DNA from: Nitrospinaceae bacterium
GTDB taxonomy: Bacteria; Nitrospinota; Nitrospinia; Nitrospinales; VA-1
Length of the DNA stretch: 64,000 nucleotides
Reading direction: 5' to 3'
Assembly (NCBI GenBank): GCA_046754465.1
Contig: JBHHVU010000004.1
Span: forward strand, 43,959 to 107,958
The position numbers and the translations under genes are program-made. Below are positions 1-9,495 of the stretch, piece after piece. Numbering within the stretch: the stretch's first letter is position 1; each line of letters begins with the position of its first letter. The notes under the pieces were generated by a model. That model did not search any database. It was given only the letters and a program-made list of their open reading frames with translations, and was not told the origin of the DNA.

Positions 1-1100
1 TCGAAATCGAGTTTTGTTTTTCCCGCGGGGCCGAACGGTTTCCCATCGAGATCAAAAACGCCGAAGAGAAGTTTTGTTTTAAACTGCGGGCCAAGCCGCT
101 CTATTTCCGTCTAGATCCCGATTACGCCTGTCCCTGCAAAAAAGTGAAGCTGGAGGTTTCACGGCCACTGCTGCATGCGCAGTTGAGGAGAGATACCGAT
201 CCTGTCGGCCGAATCGAGGCGGCGGCGGCGATGGTGAGCAAGGCGTCCATGAACGACATCAAGATTTTGGGCGAATGTCTCAGGAAAGAAAAGTTCTGGG
301 GGGTGGCCAACCGGATAGCGCGGGCCCTGGGAAAGATCGGGGGTGATAAGGCGCGGGAAGCACTGCTCAAGGGATTAAAAAGTGCCCACCCCAAAAATCG
401 TTTGGGGGTGGTGCGGGCGCTCGGGGAATTCGTTGACGATGAAAAAGCCGCCCGATCCCTCCGAAAGGTGGCGGCCGGGGATGCTTCCTACCGGGTCGAG
501 GCGGCCGCCCTGGAAGCTTTGGGTCGAATCAAGCACCGGGAATCGCGGGTCTTTTTGGAAGACTCGCTGGACAAGCCCTCGCACAATGAGATGGCCCAAT
601 CAGCGGTCTATAACGCCCTGGGTCATCTGGAAGAGGAAGCGTCCTGGGAAACCCTGGTGCGCGGCGCCGATTACGGCGCTCCCAAAAACAGCCGGGGGGC
701 CGCCATGCGCGCCCTGGCCCGGCTGGCCAAATTGTACGAGCATCGAAAAGGGGAAGCCATCGATCACTTCAGGCGGTTCGCGATGGAGACCCGGGGTACC
801 CCGGCGGCGGTTTTCCGGGGAAAACTGGGAGCCATCCAGGCCATGAAACAACTTGATGACCTTGCCGCCGTCCCCGTCCTGCGGCAGCTCGCCGGTAACG
901 AAACCGACGGCCGGCTTCAGCGCCGGGCGGAGGAAACCATAGCTGCTTTGTTCGATTCCGCCAGGAAACCAAAGGAAATCCGCGTGATCCGGTCGGAACT
1001 GGATGAGGTGAGCCGGGAAAATAAATCCCTTCGCGACCGGTTGGACCTCGTCGAAAAAAAACAGGAGACCCAAACCAAAACCAGAAACAAAAAAGGATGA
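1..1100 (+). CDS. M1-family aminopeptidase, C-terminal part with HEAT-like repeats and terminal coiled coil (5'-truncated by window)
   Basis: Frame is open from base 3 (EIEFCFSRGAERFPIEIKNAEEKFCFKLRAKPLYFRLDPD...) into the 318-aa ORF. The HEAT-like repeats and the ending ELDEVSRENKSLRDRLDLVEKK resemble the C-terminus of cyanobacterial-type PepN-HEAT proteins. The catalytic domain lies outside the window. Confidence 0.75.
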   Translation, partial: EIEFCFSRGAERFPIEIKNAEEKFCFKLRAKPLYFRLDPDYACPCKKVKLEVSRPLLHAQLRRDTDPVGRIEAAAAMVSKASMNDIKILGECLRKEKFWGVANRIARALGKIGGDKAREALLKGLKSAHPKNRLGVVRALGEFVDDEKAARSLRKVAAGDASYRVEAAALEALGRIKHRESRVFLEDSLDKPSHNEMAQSAVYNALGHLEEEASWETLVRGADYGAPKNSRGAAMRALARLAKLYEHRKGEAIDHFRRFAMETRGTPAAVFRGKLGAIQAMKQLDDLAAVPVLRQLAGNETDGRLQRRAEETIAALFDSARKPKEIRVIRSELDEVSRENKSLRDRLDLVEKKQETQTKTRNKKG

Positions 1101-1104
1101 GGTC

Positions 1105-1677
1105 ATGAATAAACCTTTTAACGACGAACCGGTAGAATCCCTGGTGGAAAAATTCCTGGCGCAGGGAGGAACCGTCCTGGATTTGCGCCTCAAATACCTT
1201 GGAGACCCCGGGGTGGCCTATTTGGCCCAAAGGCAGGAACTGGTCCGGCTGACGGAACTCAACCTGGAAAGGAACGATATCACCGATCAGGGAGTTCAGG
1301 CCCTGTCACAATCGCGGATCATCACCGGACTCAAGGTCCTGCACCTGGAGCGCAATGCCATCGGGGACGAAGGGGCAAAAAGCATCGCCCAATCCCCGGC
1401 GCTCTCCCACCTCACCACTCTGCATTTGTGGAAAAACCGGATCGGACCGGAAGGAGCCCAGGCGCTGGCCGAATCGATTCACCTGGTGAATCTGGAGACC
1501 CTCGACCTCGCACACAACAAGATCGGCGATGAGGGAGCCCGCGCGCTGGCCCAGAGCCAGACCCTGACCGGACTGAAATTTCTGGAATTGTTCGGAAACG
1601 ATTTGACCGGGGAAGGGATCCACGCCTTGAAGGAATCCCAGGCCTTTCCCAATCTCCAGACCATGATCCTGGAATAG
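1105..1677 (+). CDS. Leucine-rich repeat protein (RNI-like/GALA-like)
   Basis: 27-aa repeats LxxLxLxxNxIGDxGAxALAxS; GAGG RBS upstream. Confidence 0.9.
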   Translation: MNKPFNDEPVESLVEKFLAQGGTVLDLRLKYLGDPGVAYLAQRQELVRLTELNLERNDITDQGVQALSQSRIITGLKVLHLERNAIGDEGAKSIAQSPALSHLTTLHLWKNRIGPEGAQALAESIHLVNLETLDLAHNKIGDEGARALAQSQTLTGLKFLELFGNDLTGEGIHALKESQAFPNLQTMILE

Positions 1678-1749
1678 GGGAAAACCGGGAATCGCCTTTC
1701 TCCCGGAAAGGAATGCCACACGGAACCCACTCCCGGGAAAACGGGAAAA

Positions 1750-2157
1750 TCAAATCCGAAACTTTTTCAGGATGGTTTTAATTTCTTCGACTGGCACCAT
1801 GGGGCCCCGGTCCACCCCCGGACAGAACCCGCCCAACAGCCTCCAGATATTTTTGGAATCCAGGTTTTCTTTCCAGAAAGGGTAAGAGCGGCATTGTTTG
1901 GGTTTGGAGGGGTGGATGCTGCATCCCTCGCAGGTCAAAAACGTGCAGGGCGCGTCGTTTTCCACCTCGATCACCCAGTCACCATCATCCCGTTTGAGGT
2001 AGGTGGATTTAAATTCACTGGGAGTGCAATTCAGATATTTGGAGATTTCGCGGATATCCTCGCGGTCGAAATAGACAAACCCCGGTTTACAACAGCATTT
2101 AAAGCAGTCGGGTTGACATTCGAACCGCAGAGGCTCTTTTTCCCACCATTTGGCCAT
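1750..2157 (-). CDS. YkgJ-family cysteine-cluster (Zn/Fe-chelating) protein
   Basis: FECQPDCFKCCC...CTFL...CSIHPSKPKQCRSYPFW...CPG pattern. Confidence 0.9.
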   Translation of the reverse strand: MAKWWEKEPLRFECQPDCFKCCCKPGFVYFDREDIREISKYLNCTPSEFKSTYLKRDDGDWVIEVENDAPCTFLTCEGCSIHPSKPKQCRSYPFWKENLDSKNIWRLLGGFCPGVDRGPMVPVEEIKTILKKFRI

Positions 2158-2159
2158 GA

Positions 2160-3341
2160 CTAATAAAATACCACCATATCGTCGCGGTGGATGACTTCCT
2201 CATAATAATTACTGCCAAAGAGTTTTTTCACTTCGGACGTTTTCATGCCCATTATTTTTTCCAGGTCGGAGGAACTGTAATTGACCAGACCGCGGGCGAT
2301 TTCACCGGATTTTTCATCGACGACGCTGACAGAATTTCCAAAATCGAATTTTCCCTCCACCCGAATCACGCCGGCGGAAAGCAGACTTTTCCTCCCTTCG
2401 ACAAGAGCTTTTTGGGCGCCGCGGTCGACGGTGATGGTTCCCATAGGTTTCAGGGTATGAGCGATCCAGTGTTTTCGGTTGCGGATGCGTTCCTTCCCCG
2501 ACCAGAATAGGGTGCCCACCCTTTCCCCGGAGAATATTTTATCCATCACCCCTTCATCGAGTCCGTTGACGATCAGGGTCGGGATGCCGAAACTCATGGT
2601 CTTTTTGGCGGCGAGGACCTTGGTATACATTCCTCCCACTGTGAACAGGGTTTTGCTCTTCCCGGCCTGTTTTTCGACTTCCGGGGTCACGCGGCGGACC
2701 AGGGGGATGAGTTGGGGCGGATCGGACTTTCCCCGGGCCGCCCGGCTGGGGTCCCGGGAGTACAATCCCTCTACATCGGACAGGATGATCAGCAATTGGG
2801 CGTCCACCAAGCAGGCGACGGTGGCCGAGAGGGTGTCGTTGTCCCCGATCTTTATTTCATCCACGGTGACGGAATCGTTTTCGTTGATGATGGGAATGAC
2901 CCGGTGTTTCAGAAGCGTTTCGATGGTGTGTTTGGCGTTCAAATAGCGTTGGCGGTTGACCAGGTCGCCGCTGCTCAACAGGATTTGGGCCACCTGGAGT
3001 CCTTGCCTCTCGAACTTTTTTTCGTATGCGCGCATGAGGTTGCTTTGGCCGATGGCGGCGCAAGCCTGTTTTTCGGGAATCGACAACGTGTTCCGGGTGA
3101 TGCCGAGCCGTTCGCGCCCGGCCATGATGGCGCCGGAAGAGACGAGAACAACTTCACAGCCGTTGGCGACGACTTTCTTGATCTTGGCGGAGTAATGCCG
3201 CACCCGGTCCATGCACAGGCCGGGACCTTGGGAGACGGCCTTGCGTTCGCGGCGGGAGATCACGCTGCTGCCGATTTTGATCACAACCCGCTTAAGGTTT
3301 TTGAGGATATTTTTGTGAATTTCGTTTTCGATCATTTTCAT
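2160..3341 (-). CDS. proB: Glutamate 5-kinase
   Basis: VVIKIGSS, VSSGA, KQACAAIGQ, PIINEND, GDNDTLSA, GGMYTKV motifs and a C-terminal PUA domain. Confidence 0.97.
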   Translation of the reverse strand: MKMIENEIHKNILKNLKRVVIKIGSSVISRRERKAVSQGPGLCMDRVRHYSAKIKKVVANGCEVVLVSSGAIMAGRERLGITRNTLSIPEKQACAAIGQSNLMRAYEKKFERQGLQVAQILLSSGDLVNRQRYLNAKHTIETLLKHRVIPIINENDSVTVDEIKIGDNDTLSATVACLVDAQLLIILSDVEGLYSRDPSRAARGKSDPPQLIPLVRRVTPEVEKQAGKSKTLFTVGGMYTKVLAAKKTMSFGIPTLIVNGLDEGVMDKIFSGERVGTLFWSGKERIRNRKHWIAHTLKPMGTITVDRGAQKALVEGRKSLLSAGVIRVEGKFDFGNSVSVVDEKSGEIARGLVNYSSSDLEKIMGMKTSEVKKLFGSNYYEEVIHRDDMVVFY

Positions 3342-3404
3342 CCCTGAAAGGACGGGAAAGTCACCAGGAATTCCCCTTCCGGGAACCCCGTTCCGGAAGG
3401 CACC

Positions 3405-4256
3405 TTATTGCTTTTTGGCGGAATTTTCAAGGGTGGCGGTGATGAAACGGTCCCACGCCTGGTAATAGGCCGGGCCACCGGCGATGTAGGTGTCGTTATG
3501 GCTGGCGCCCTCGATCGCGTAAAATTCCTTGGGGGAGGCGGCGGCTTCGTACAGTTTTTTCCCCAACCGGAAGGGCACGATTTCATCCCGCGTCCCGTGA
3601 AGGAACAGCTTGGGAAGCGTCACCTCCGGGATTCGGCTCAATGCGTCGAATTTGGACTTAATGGCCCAACCCAGGGGAAACAGGGGGAACAGATTCCTCG
3701 CCATGTCCTCCGTCGAAGTAAAAACCGATTCAAGGATCAGTCCCGCGGCGGGATTGTTGGACGCCACTTCCACCGCGCACACGCCGCCCAGCGACCGGCC
3801 GAAAAGGAACAACCGCTCCGGCGCGGCGGATTTTTCCCGGACCACCACGTCATACGCGGCCTGGGAATCGAGGTAGAGCCCCGGTTCGTCCGGGTCTCCT
3901 TCGCTTTTTCCGTACCCCCGGTAATCGAAAATAAACACGTTCAGCTTCAAGGGCATCAACCGGTGGATATTGTCCAACCGGTGGGTCAGGTTGCCAGCGT
4001 TGCCGTGAAACCAGAGCAATACGGCCCGGGCTCCGGGAGACGGAACCCACCATCCGTGGAGTCGGACCCCGTCTTCGGCCTGGAAAAAAACATCTTCCAC
4101 CTGTATCCCGAAGGACCCCGGTTTCCAGGTACCCTCGGGATATTTCAGGGGATGATAAATGATCTTTTTTTCGCATCCTACCAAAACCGCTGCGTAGAGG
4201 AATAAAACGAGCAGGATCAGTCCCACCGTTTGTAAAATGGACATGCTCTTTTTCAT
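3405..4256 (-). CDS. Alpha/beta hydrolase (BEM46/ABHD13-like) with N-terminal membrane anchor
   Basis: FHGNAGN, DYRGYGKSEG, GRSLGG nucleophile elbow, HGTRDEIVP, HND. Confidence 0.9.
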   Translation of the reverse strand: MKKSMSILQTVGLILLVLFLYAAVLVGCEKKIIYHPLKYPEGTWKPGSFGIQVEDVFFQAEDGVRLHGWWVPSPGARAVLLWFHGNAGNLTHRLDNIHRLMPLKLNVFIFDYRGYGKSEGDPDEPGLYLDSQAAYDVVVREKSAAPERLFLFGRSLGGVCAVEVASNNPAAGLILESVFTSTEDMARNLFPLFPLGWAIKSKFDALSRIPEVTLPKLFLHGTRDEIVPFRLGKKLYEAAASPKEFYAIEGASHNDTYIAGGPAYYQAWDRFITATLENSAKKQ

Positions 4257-4351
4257 TCGCTGCTCGGGGAGGGAGAGATTCCCCTAACTCCTTCCCGGCG
4301 TCGCTTTTTTTCTCCGGCCCAAAATTAAAATAAAGGGCCGGAAAGGGTTTT

Positions 4352-5695
4352 TTACATTTTTTCCGTACGGCCGTCAGGAATTTCAAGGGGATCCGGTAGC
4401 TTTGGCCTGGAAACCTTCAGCTTTAAGCCCACCACCGCTTCTACCACAACGCTTTCACCCGCCGCGATGGGGTCGTCGGCTTCGGCATTCCAGATTTCCC
4501 CGTGAACCATAACTGTTCCCGCCGGGTTCAGTTCGGTTTTGACCACTGCTTTTTCGCCGATCAACCCTTCCCAGCCAGAAAGGGAGCGGCGGCGTTGGGC
4601 CTGGGCCGCGAGGTAAACGATTCCGATACTCAGCGCAATGGAAAAGCCCAAGGTGGGGATGAGCACGGTCTTGGAAATCTGCATGGCGGGGTCGTCGCTC
4701 TCTATGAGCATGAGGGAGCCCAACAACAGGGAAATCACTCCCCCCACCGATAGCAGGCCAAAACTCATGACATTGATCTCGGCGATGAATAGAATGATTC
4801 CCAGGATAATCAGCAGCAAGCCTGCATAATTGATCGGCAGGGTCTGCATGGCATACATGGCCAGGATGAGGCTGATTCCCCCGATCACCCCCGGCAGAAT
4901 CAATCCGGGGTTGGACAATTCGAAATAGAGTCCGACCAGACCCAGCATCATCAGGACATAAGCGACATTAGGATTGGAAATGATATCCAGGATTTTTTGG
5001 CGTTTGCTCATTTCCCGAAAGACCATTTCCTTGTTCTTGGTGTGCAGGGTGACGGATTGGGAGCCTATTTTGATTTTGCGTCCGTCCAGGGCGAGGACGA
5101 GAGCTTCGAGATTGGCGGCGATGAGGTCGATGACGTTCAGTTTTTTGGCCTCTTCGGCGGAGATGGAGACGCTTTTTTTCACCGAGAGTTCCGCCCAGTA
5201 GGCGTTGCGTCCACGGTGCTCGGCGAGGGACCGGATGTAGGCGGCCGCGTCGTTGACGATCTTGTTCTCCATGGTCTTATCCTGATCGCCTCCACCCCCT
5301 CCGCCCATCAGGTTGACCGGGTGTGCGGCGCCGATATTCGTTCCCGGCGCCATGGCTGCGATGTGCGACGCGATCGTGATGAAGGTCCCCGCCGACGCGG
5401 CCCGGGAACCGCCTGGAGCCACGTAGGTGGCCACGGGGACACGGGAATTTTGGATGCCCTTGATGATCTGGCGCATAGAAGTGTCCAGGCCTCCGGGCGT
5501 GTCCATCCGGATTATGATCAATTCGTCCCGGGAGAGGTTGGCGGCATGGATTTCATGGGTGACGAACTCGGCCACGACCGGGTTGATGGCCCCGGCGATC
5601 TCGACCACGACAATACGGCCCTCGCCCCATGCCTGAACTGGCAGGAAAAAAAATATCAGAATGATCCATCCGGGTATTGGTTTCATATTCTCCAC
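4352..5695 (-). CDS. nfeD: NfeD-family membrane-bound serine protease (ClpP-class)
   Basis: DTPGG, RAASAG, APGTNIGAAHPV motifs, TM region and C-terminal OB domain (HGEIWNA). Confidence 0.93.
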   Translation of the reverse strand: MENMKPIPGWIILIFFFLPVQAWGEGRIVVVEIAGAINPVVAEFVTHEIHAANLSRDELIIIRMDTPGGLDTSMRQIIKGIQNSRVPVATYVAPGGSRAASAGTFITIASHIAAMAPGTNIGAAHPVNLMGGGGGGDQDKTMENKIVNDAAAYIRSLAEHRGRNAYWAELSVKKSVSISAEEAKKLNVIDLIAANLEALVLALDGRKIKIGSQSVTLHTKNKEMVFREMSKRQKILDIISNPNVAYVLMMLGLVGLYFELSNPGLILPGVIGGISLILAMYAMQTLPINYAGLLLIILGIILFIAEINVMSFGLLSVGGVISLLLGSLMLIESDDPAMQISKTVLIPTLGFSIALSIGIVYLAAQAQRRRSLSGWEGLIGEKAVVKTELNPAGTVMVHGEIWNAEADDPIAAGESVVVEAVVGLKLKVSRPKLPDPLEIPDGRTEKM

Positions 5696-5863
5696 GGTGC
5701 CCGCTTTAAATAGGAGCGCACATCACATTGCCATTTTTTCACAGTTTGAGGCAAAGTCCAACCAAAACCCGCACCCGCCGGGCCGGTCTTTTGGGGGTTC
5801 ATCCGTACCGGGATTGGTGGTAGACTGAATCTTGGAATATCGCCATCCCAAAACAGGTCATCC

Positions 5864-6307
5864 ATGGAATACAAAACCATCTTCATCGTCGATCCCGTTC
5901 GAAGTGAAAGAATCCAACTTTCCAAATTCATCAAACAGGAATTTTTCACCGTCATGAGTTTTGTGGCCGTTGCCGATTGTTTCAAACATTCCCAAACGAT
6001 CCGTGGCGATCTGGTCATTTATGTGTTGCGGAAAAACAAAACGGAAATCAAGCATCTGCTGAATATCAAAAAAAAATATAAGAAGCTGAATTTTATTCTT
6101 TTGAAGACTCCCGATTCTCCGGAGGCCAACCTCGCCGATATGCAGGATAAGGGGTTCCCATTGATATTTAAAGCGGGCAGCCTGGAAAAAGTGAGAGAGA
6201 TCACTCTGAATCTTCTGGCTCCCGACGGCTTGCCCCCCCGCACCGAAACGCCGCATCCGGTCCCCATAGGAATCGACCTGGGTCCCATTCCATCCCTGAA
6301 ACCATGA
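5864..6307 (+). CDS. Hypothetical protein with degenerate receiver (CheY-like) fold
   Basis: KTIFIVDP...DLVIYVLR resembles REC strands beta1 and beta3 but lacks the acidic residues; overlaps the kdsA start (ATGA). Confidence 0.6.
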   Translation: MEYKTIFIVDPVRSERIQLSKFIKQEFFTVMSFVAVADCFKHSQTIRGDLVIYVLRKNKTEIKHLLNIKKKYKKLNFILLKTPDSPEANLADMQDKGFPLIFKAGSLEKVREITLNLLAPDGLPPRTETPHPVPIGIDLGPIPSLKP

Positions 6308-7158
6308 ACCGGGATCCGTTGCCAACCCGAGAGGTCGCGGTAGGATCGGTCACCATCGGCGGTGCGCATCCGATGGCCCTCATTGCTGGTCCGTGTGTGA
6401 TCGAGTCGGAATCTCTCGCCATGGATACGGCCGAAAAATTGAAGCGGATCACGGCCGACGCCGGGGTTCCCTTCATCTTCAAATCATCCTATGACAAGGC
6501 CAACCGGTCGTCCCTCGATTCGTTTCGCGGTCCGGGCCTGGAAAAAGGGTTGGCGATTTTGAAGAAAATCCGCGGCAAGATGAATGTCCCCGTGCTTTCG
6601 GATGTTCACAAGGAGGAGGAGATCGAAGCCGCCGCCGAGGTGCTGGATGTGTTGCAGATTCCCGCGTTTCTGTGCCGGCAGACGGACCTGCTGGTGGCCG
6701 CGGCGCAGTCAGGCAAACCCGTCAATATTAAAAAGGGACAGTTCATGGCTCCCTGGGACATGAAAAACGTAATCCTCAAGGTGGAAAAAAGCGGCAGCCG
6801 GGAAATCCTCCTGACCGAACGGGGGTACATGTTCGGATACAATAATCTCGTGGTAGATATGCGTTCCCTGGCGCTGATGCGGGAAAACGGGTATCCGGTG
6901 GTGTTCGACGCCACCCACAGCCTCCAGTTGCCCGGCGGACTGGGAAACAAAAGCGGCGGCCAGCGGGAATTGATACCGCACCTCGCCCGCGGCGCGGTGG
7001 CCGTAGGTTGCGATGCCCTGTTCATGGAAATTCATCCCGACCCCGATCACGCTTTCTCCGACGGACCCAATATGCTCAAGCTCGAAGACCTTCCCGAACT
7101 CCTGGAACAGCTCAAAGCCATCGACCACCTGGTCCGCCCTGCCACGCAAAGAGGGTAA
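6304..7158 (+). CDS. kdsA: 3-deoxy-8-phosphooctulonate (KDO8P) synthase
   Basis: [48 protein letters not shown]. Confidence 0.97.
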   Translation: MNRDPLPTREVAVGSVTIGGAHPMALIAGPCVIESESLAMDTAEKLKRITADAGVPFIFKSSYDKANRSSLDSFRGPGLEKGLAILKKIRGKMNVPVLSDVHKEEEIEAAAEVLDVLQIPAFLCRQTDLLVAAAQSGKPVNIKKGQFMAPWDMKNVILKVEKSGSREILLTERGYMFGYNNLVVDMRSLALMRENGYPVVFDATHSLQLPGGLGNKSGGQRELIPHLARGAVAVGCDALFMEIHPDPDHAFSDGPNMLKLEDLPELLEQLKAIDHLVRPATQRG

Positions 7159-7235
7159 TGGGCCGGGGCATCATCGCCACACGGCCTTGGTCCGCCATAT
7201 AACGCAGGTCCATCTATTGCCGGAGGTACTTCACC

Positions 7236-8204
7236 ATGAAGCCCATGCGCATTTTGTATTTGACGGTGATTCTGCTTGGAGGAATGCCCGGTCTGGTTTC
7301 TGGATCGCCGCCGGCAACCTGGAAGAAGATGCCTCCGGCTCCCACGGCGCGTACCGAGGTGGCCGTGGCGGTATTGGAGGGAAAGATCTACGTCCTGGGA
7401 GGGTTTGCGCGGGGAGGAATCACCGACCGGGTGGAAGCCTTCGACACGGCTACCGGACGCTGGGAAGAGAGAAGTCCGCTACCCCGTCCGCTCCATCACA
7501 CCACCGCTTCGGCCGTCAACGGCAAACTCTATGTCATCGGCGGGTTCTACTCGGGCCGATGGACCCCCACGCACACCACTTACGAATACGATCCGGTCAA
7601 AAACCGGTGGACGGAAAAAGCCCCGATGCCCACGCCAAGGGGAGCGTTGGCCGCGGGAGTGATCGATGGAAAGATTTATGCCGTGGGCGGGGCGCACCGG
7701 AAATTTTTCCGCATGGTCAATACCGATGCCAATGAAGTGTACGATCCGCGAACCGGGCGATGGCGAAAACTCGCGCCCCTGCCCACCCCGAGGGACCATT
7801 TGACCATCTCCACTGTGGGCGGAAAGCTTTTCGCCATCGGCGGACGCGTCAACGTCGACTATAACATGAACCTGGACGCCAACGAATCCTACGATCCTTC
7901 AAGCGGAAGCTGGACCCGCCTCAAACCCCTTCCCACTCCAAGAAGCGGAATCACGTCCCAGGCGCTGAATGGCATCATTTATGTGTTTGGCGGAGAATCG
8001 GGAAACGGCACCTTCCGGGAAAACGAGGCGTACGATCCGGAACGGGCCCATTGGAACACCATGCTCCCGATGCCGAAGGGACGGCACGGTTTGGGCAGCG
8101 CGGTGTGGAACGGTGGGATTCATCTTTTGACCGGCGGACCCAACCCTGGCGGTGGAGGCAGCGACACGCACATTGTTTTCTATCCGGGACCTCCCGGCAA
8201 TTAA
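7236..8204 (+). CDS. Exported Kelch-repeat beta-propeller protein
   Basis: Six GKIYVxGG...YDP...W repeats; hydrophobic N-terminal signal-like segment. Confidence 0.9.
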   Translation: MKPMRILYLTVILLGGMPGLVSGSPPATWKKMPPAPTARTEVAVAVLEGKIYVLGGFARGGITDRVEAFDTATGRWEERSPLPRPLHHTTASAVNGKLYVIGGFYSGRWTPTHTTYEYDPVKNRWTEKAPMPTPRGALAAGVIDGKIYAVGGAHRKFFRMVNTDANEVYDPRTGRWRKLAPLPTPRDHLTISTVGGKLFAIGGRVNVDYNMNLDANESYDPSSGSWTRLKPLPTPRSGITSQALNGIIYVFGGESGNGTFRENEAYDPERAHWNTMLPMPKGRHGLGSAVWNGGIHLLTGGPNPGGGGSDTHIVFYPGPPGN

Positions 8205-8236
8205 GGGCCCCTGCTGTGTGGCCGGGGTTTGCCAAC

Positions 8237-8325
8237 AAAAAAAGACTCGAAAAAAGGCACGCCACGGATTGGGTCTTGATCCGACCCAATCCGTTGGAGG
8301 AGGCAGTGCCATTTCGAATCTTCAC
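8237..8325 (-). ncRNA. Candidate sigma54-dependent small RNA (long hairpin with anti-SD bulge, U-tail)
   Basis: Minus strand reads GUGAAGAUUCGAAAUGGCACUGCCUCCUCCAACGGAUUGGGUCGGAUCAAGACCCAAUCCGUGGCGUGCCUUUUUUCGAGUCUUUUUUU. It forms nested stems, including a perfect 12-bp apical stem, and begins at the predicted start of a sigma54 promoter. Confidence 0.6.
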
Positions 8326-8335
8326 TCCATTAATG

Positions 8336-8351
8336 AGCAATCCCCGTGCCA
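8336..8351 (-). promoter_or_regulatory. Sigma54 (-24/-12) promoter
   Basis: Minus strand TGGCAC-GGGGA-TTGCT, an exact match to TGGCAC-N5-TTGCW; intergenic. Confidence 0.75.
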
Positions 8352-8472
8352 AACGAATATTTCCAGGGAAAACCCTGAAAACCCGGTTTATTTATAATAG
8401 CTTGGAGAAGATGACCCTGGGAGGGGCGGCGTCAAAAAGCCCATGGCAAGGATGCAAATATTGCCGGGTGCG

Positions 8473-9267
8473 TCAAAATTTTCCGATTTCGTTGGGTGAC
8501 TTTACTCTCAAGAATGCGGCAAGAAAATCGGTGAGGGACCGGGTAGCTAATTGGGCGTGGTCCTTCAAATTTTTCAGGGACTTCAGGGAGGCTGGGTGGG
8601 TGAGGACGTACCACCCGGCTTTCAACCTGGAGATTTCACCATCCTTCTCCAAAAATGAGGAAACGTCAAAAAGTTCCTGGCTGGCGGTGTCGGTGATGGA
8701 CCGGATAGACAGGAAGGGCAGGTTTTTTTCCCGGGCCACCCGCGCCAGGGCAGCGGTCTCCATGTCGATCGCCAGAACGGAATACTGTATCCCGATCTCA
8801 TGCTTCAATTTAGGATCGTGGACCACCTCCTCCACGGTGATCAATCCGCCGCTAAAGATGGAAGCCGGGAGGGAAGGGATCTCACGCGGGGCCTGCCGGA
8901 GAAGGTGTGGGTCGATGGGAATCTCCAGGGGCGGCGGGTTGCCGCTTTTGCCGTCATCCGCCGAGGGTAATTCCAGAACCTTGTCGGCCACCAGAAGGTC
9001 GCCCACCCGCAAACGGGGATCGGCTCCCCCGGCGTAGCCGATGGACACGATCATCGCAGGCCGGAATTTTCCCTGCACCTGGGACAAGGCATCCCTGGCG
9101 CGGATTTTCCCGATCCCCGTCCGGACCAGGACGATCGGCCTCCCCTCCCAGGAGCCGGACCAGACATCGGCCTTGCCGAGCTTTGTCTGCTGGTGAACGG
9201 TCATTTGCCGCCGGATGCCGGATATCTCTTCCCGGACCGCGCCCAGGATACAAATGGCGGGTTCCAT
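8473..9267 (-). CDS. Nucleoside phosphorylase/nucleosidase (PNP_UDP_1 family; HpnG-like or MTA/SAH nucleosidase-like)
   Basis: TGIGK, SIGYAGG, GDLLV, AIDMETAA, SIRSITD motifs. The C-terminal DG...P..L..L helix region resembles hopanoid-associated phosphorylases. Alternative TTG start at 9276. Confidence 0.8.
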   Translation of the reverse strand: MEPAICILGAVREEISGIRRQMTVHQQTKLGKADVWSGSWEGRPIVLVRTGIGKIRARDALSQVQGKFRPAMIVSIGYAGGADPRLRVGDLLVADKVLELPSADDGKSGNPPPLEIPIDPHLLRQAPREIPSLPASIFSGGLITVEEVVHDPKLKHEIGIQYSVLAIDMETAALARVAREKNLPFLSIRSITDTASQELFDVSSFLEKDGEISRLKAGWYVLTHPASLKSLKNLKDHAQLATRSLTDFLAAFLRVKSPNEIGKF

Positions 9268-9495
9268 CTGATCCAATCCCCCGTGGGTGGTATGAGGTTT
9301 AATCTGATTTAAAGCGTCTTCCTGTAATTTTCGGCCTAAAGAATATCAGAGTTTGGCCGGAAAATCCTCCTGCTCTCGAAACGGAAATCGCATGCATGTG
9401 GGGTTTCCGGGAAGACGAATATTTTCCTTTCTTTCCTATTGCCTTGGGGTTGTGTTAAATTCTCAGGCTTCGATCATTGTTTCGGATCCAGTTTC

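Noticed and set aside
8051..9037. 328-aa plus-strand ORF spanning the Kelch gene end and antisense to the phosphorylase
   Set aside because: Shadow ORF with no motifs; overlaps two well-supported genes.
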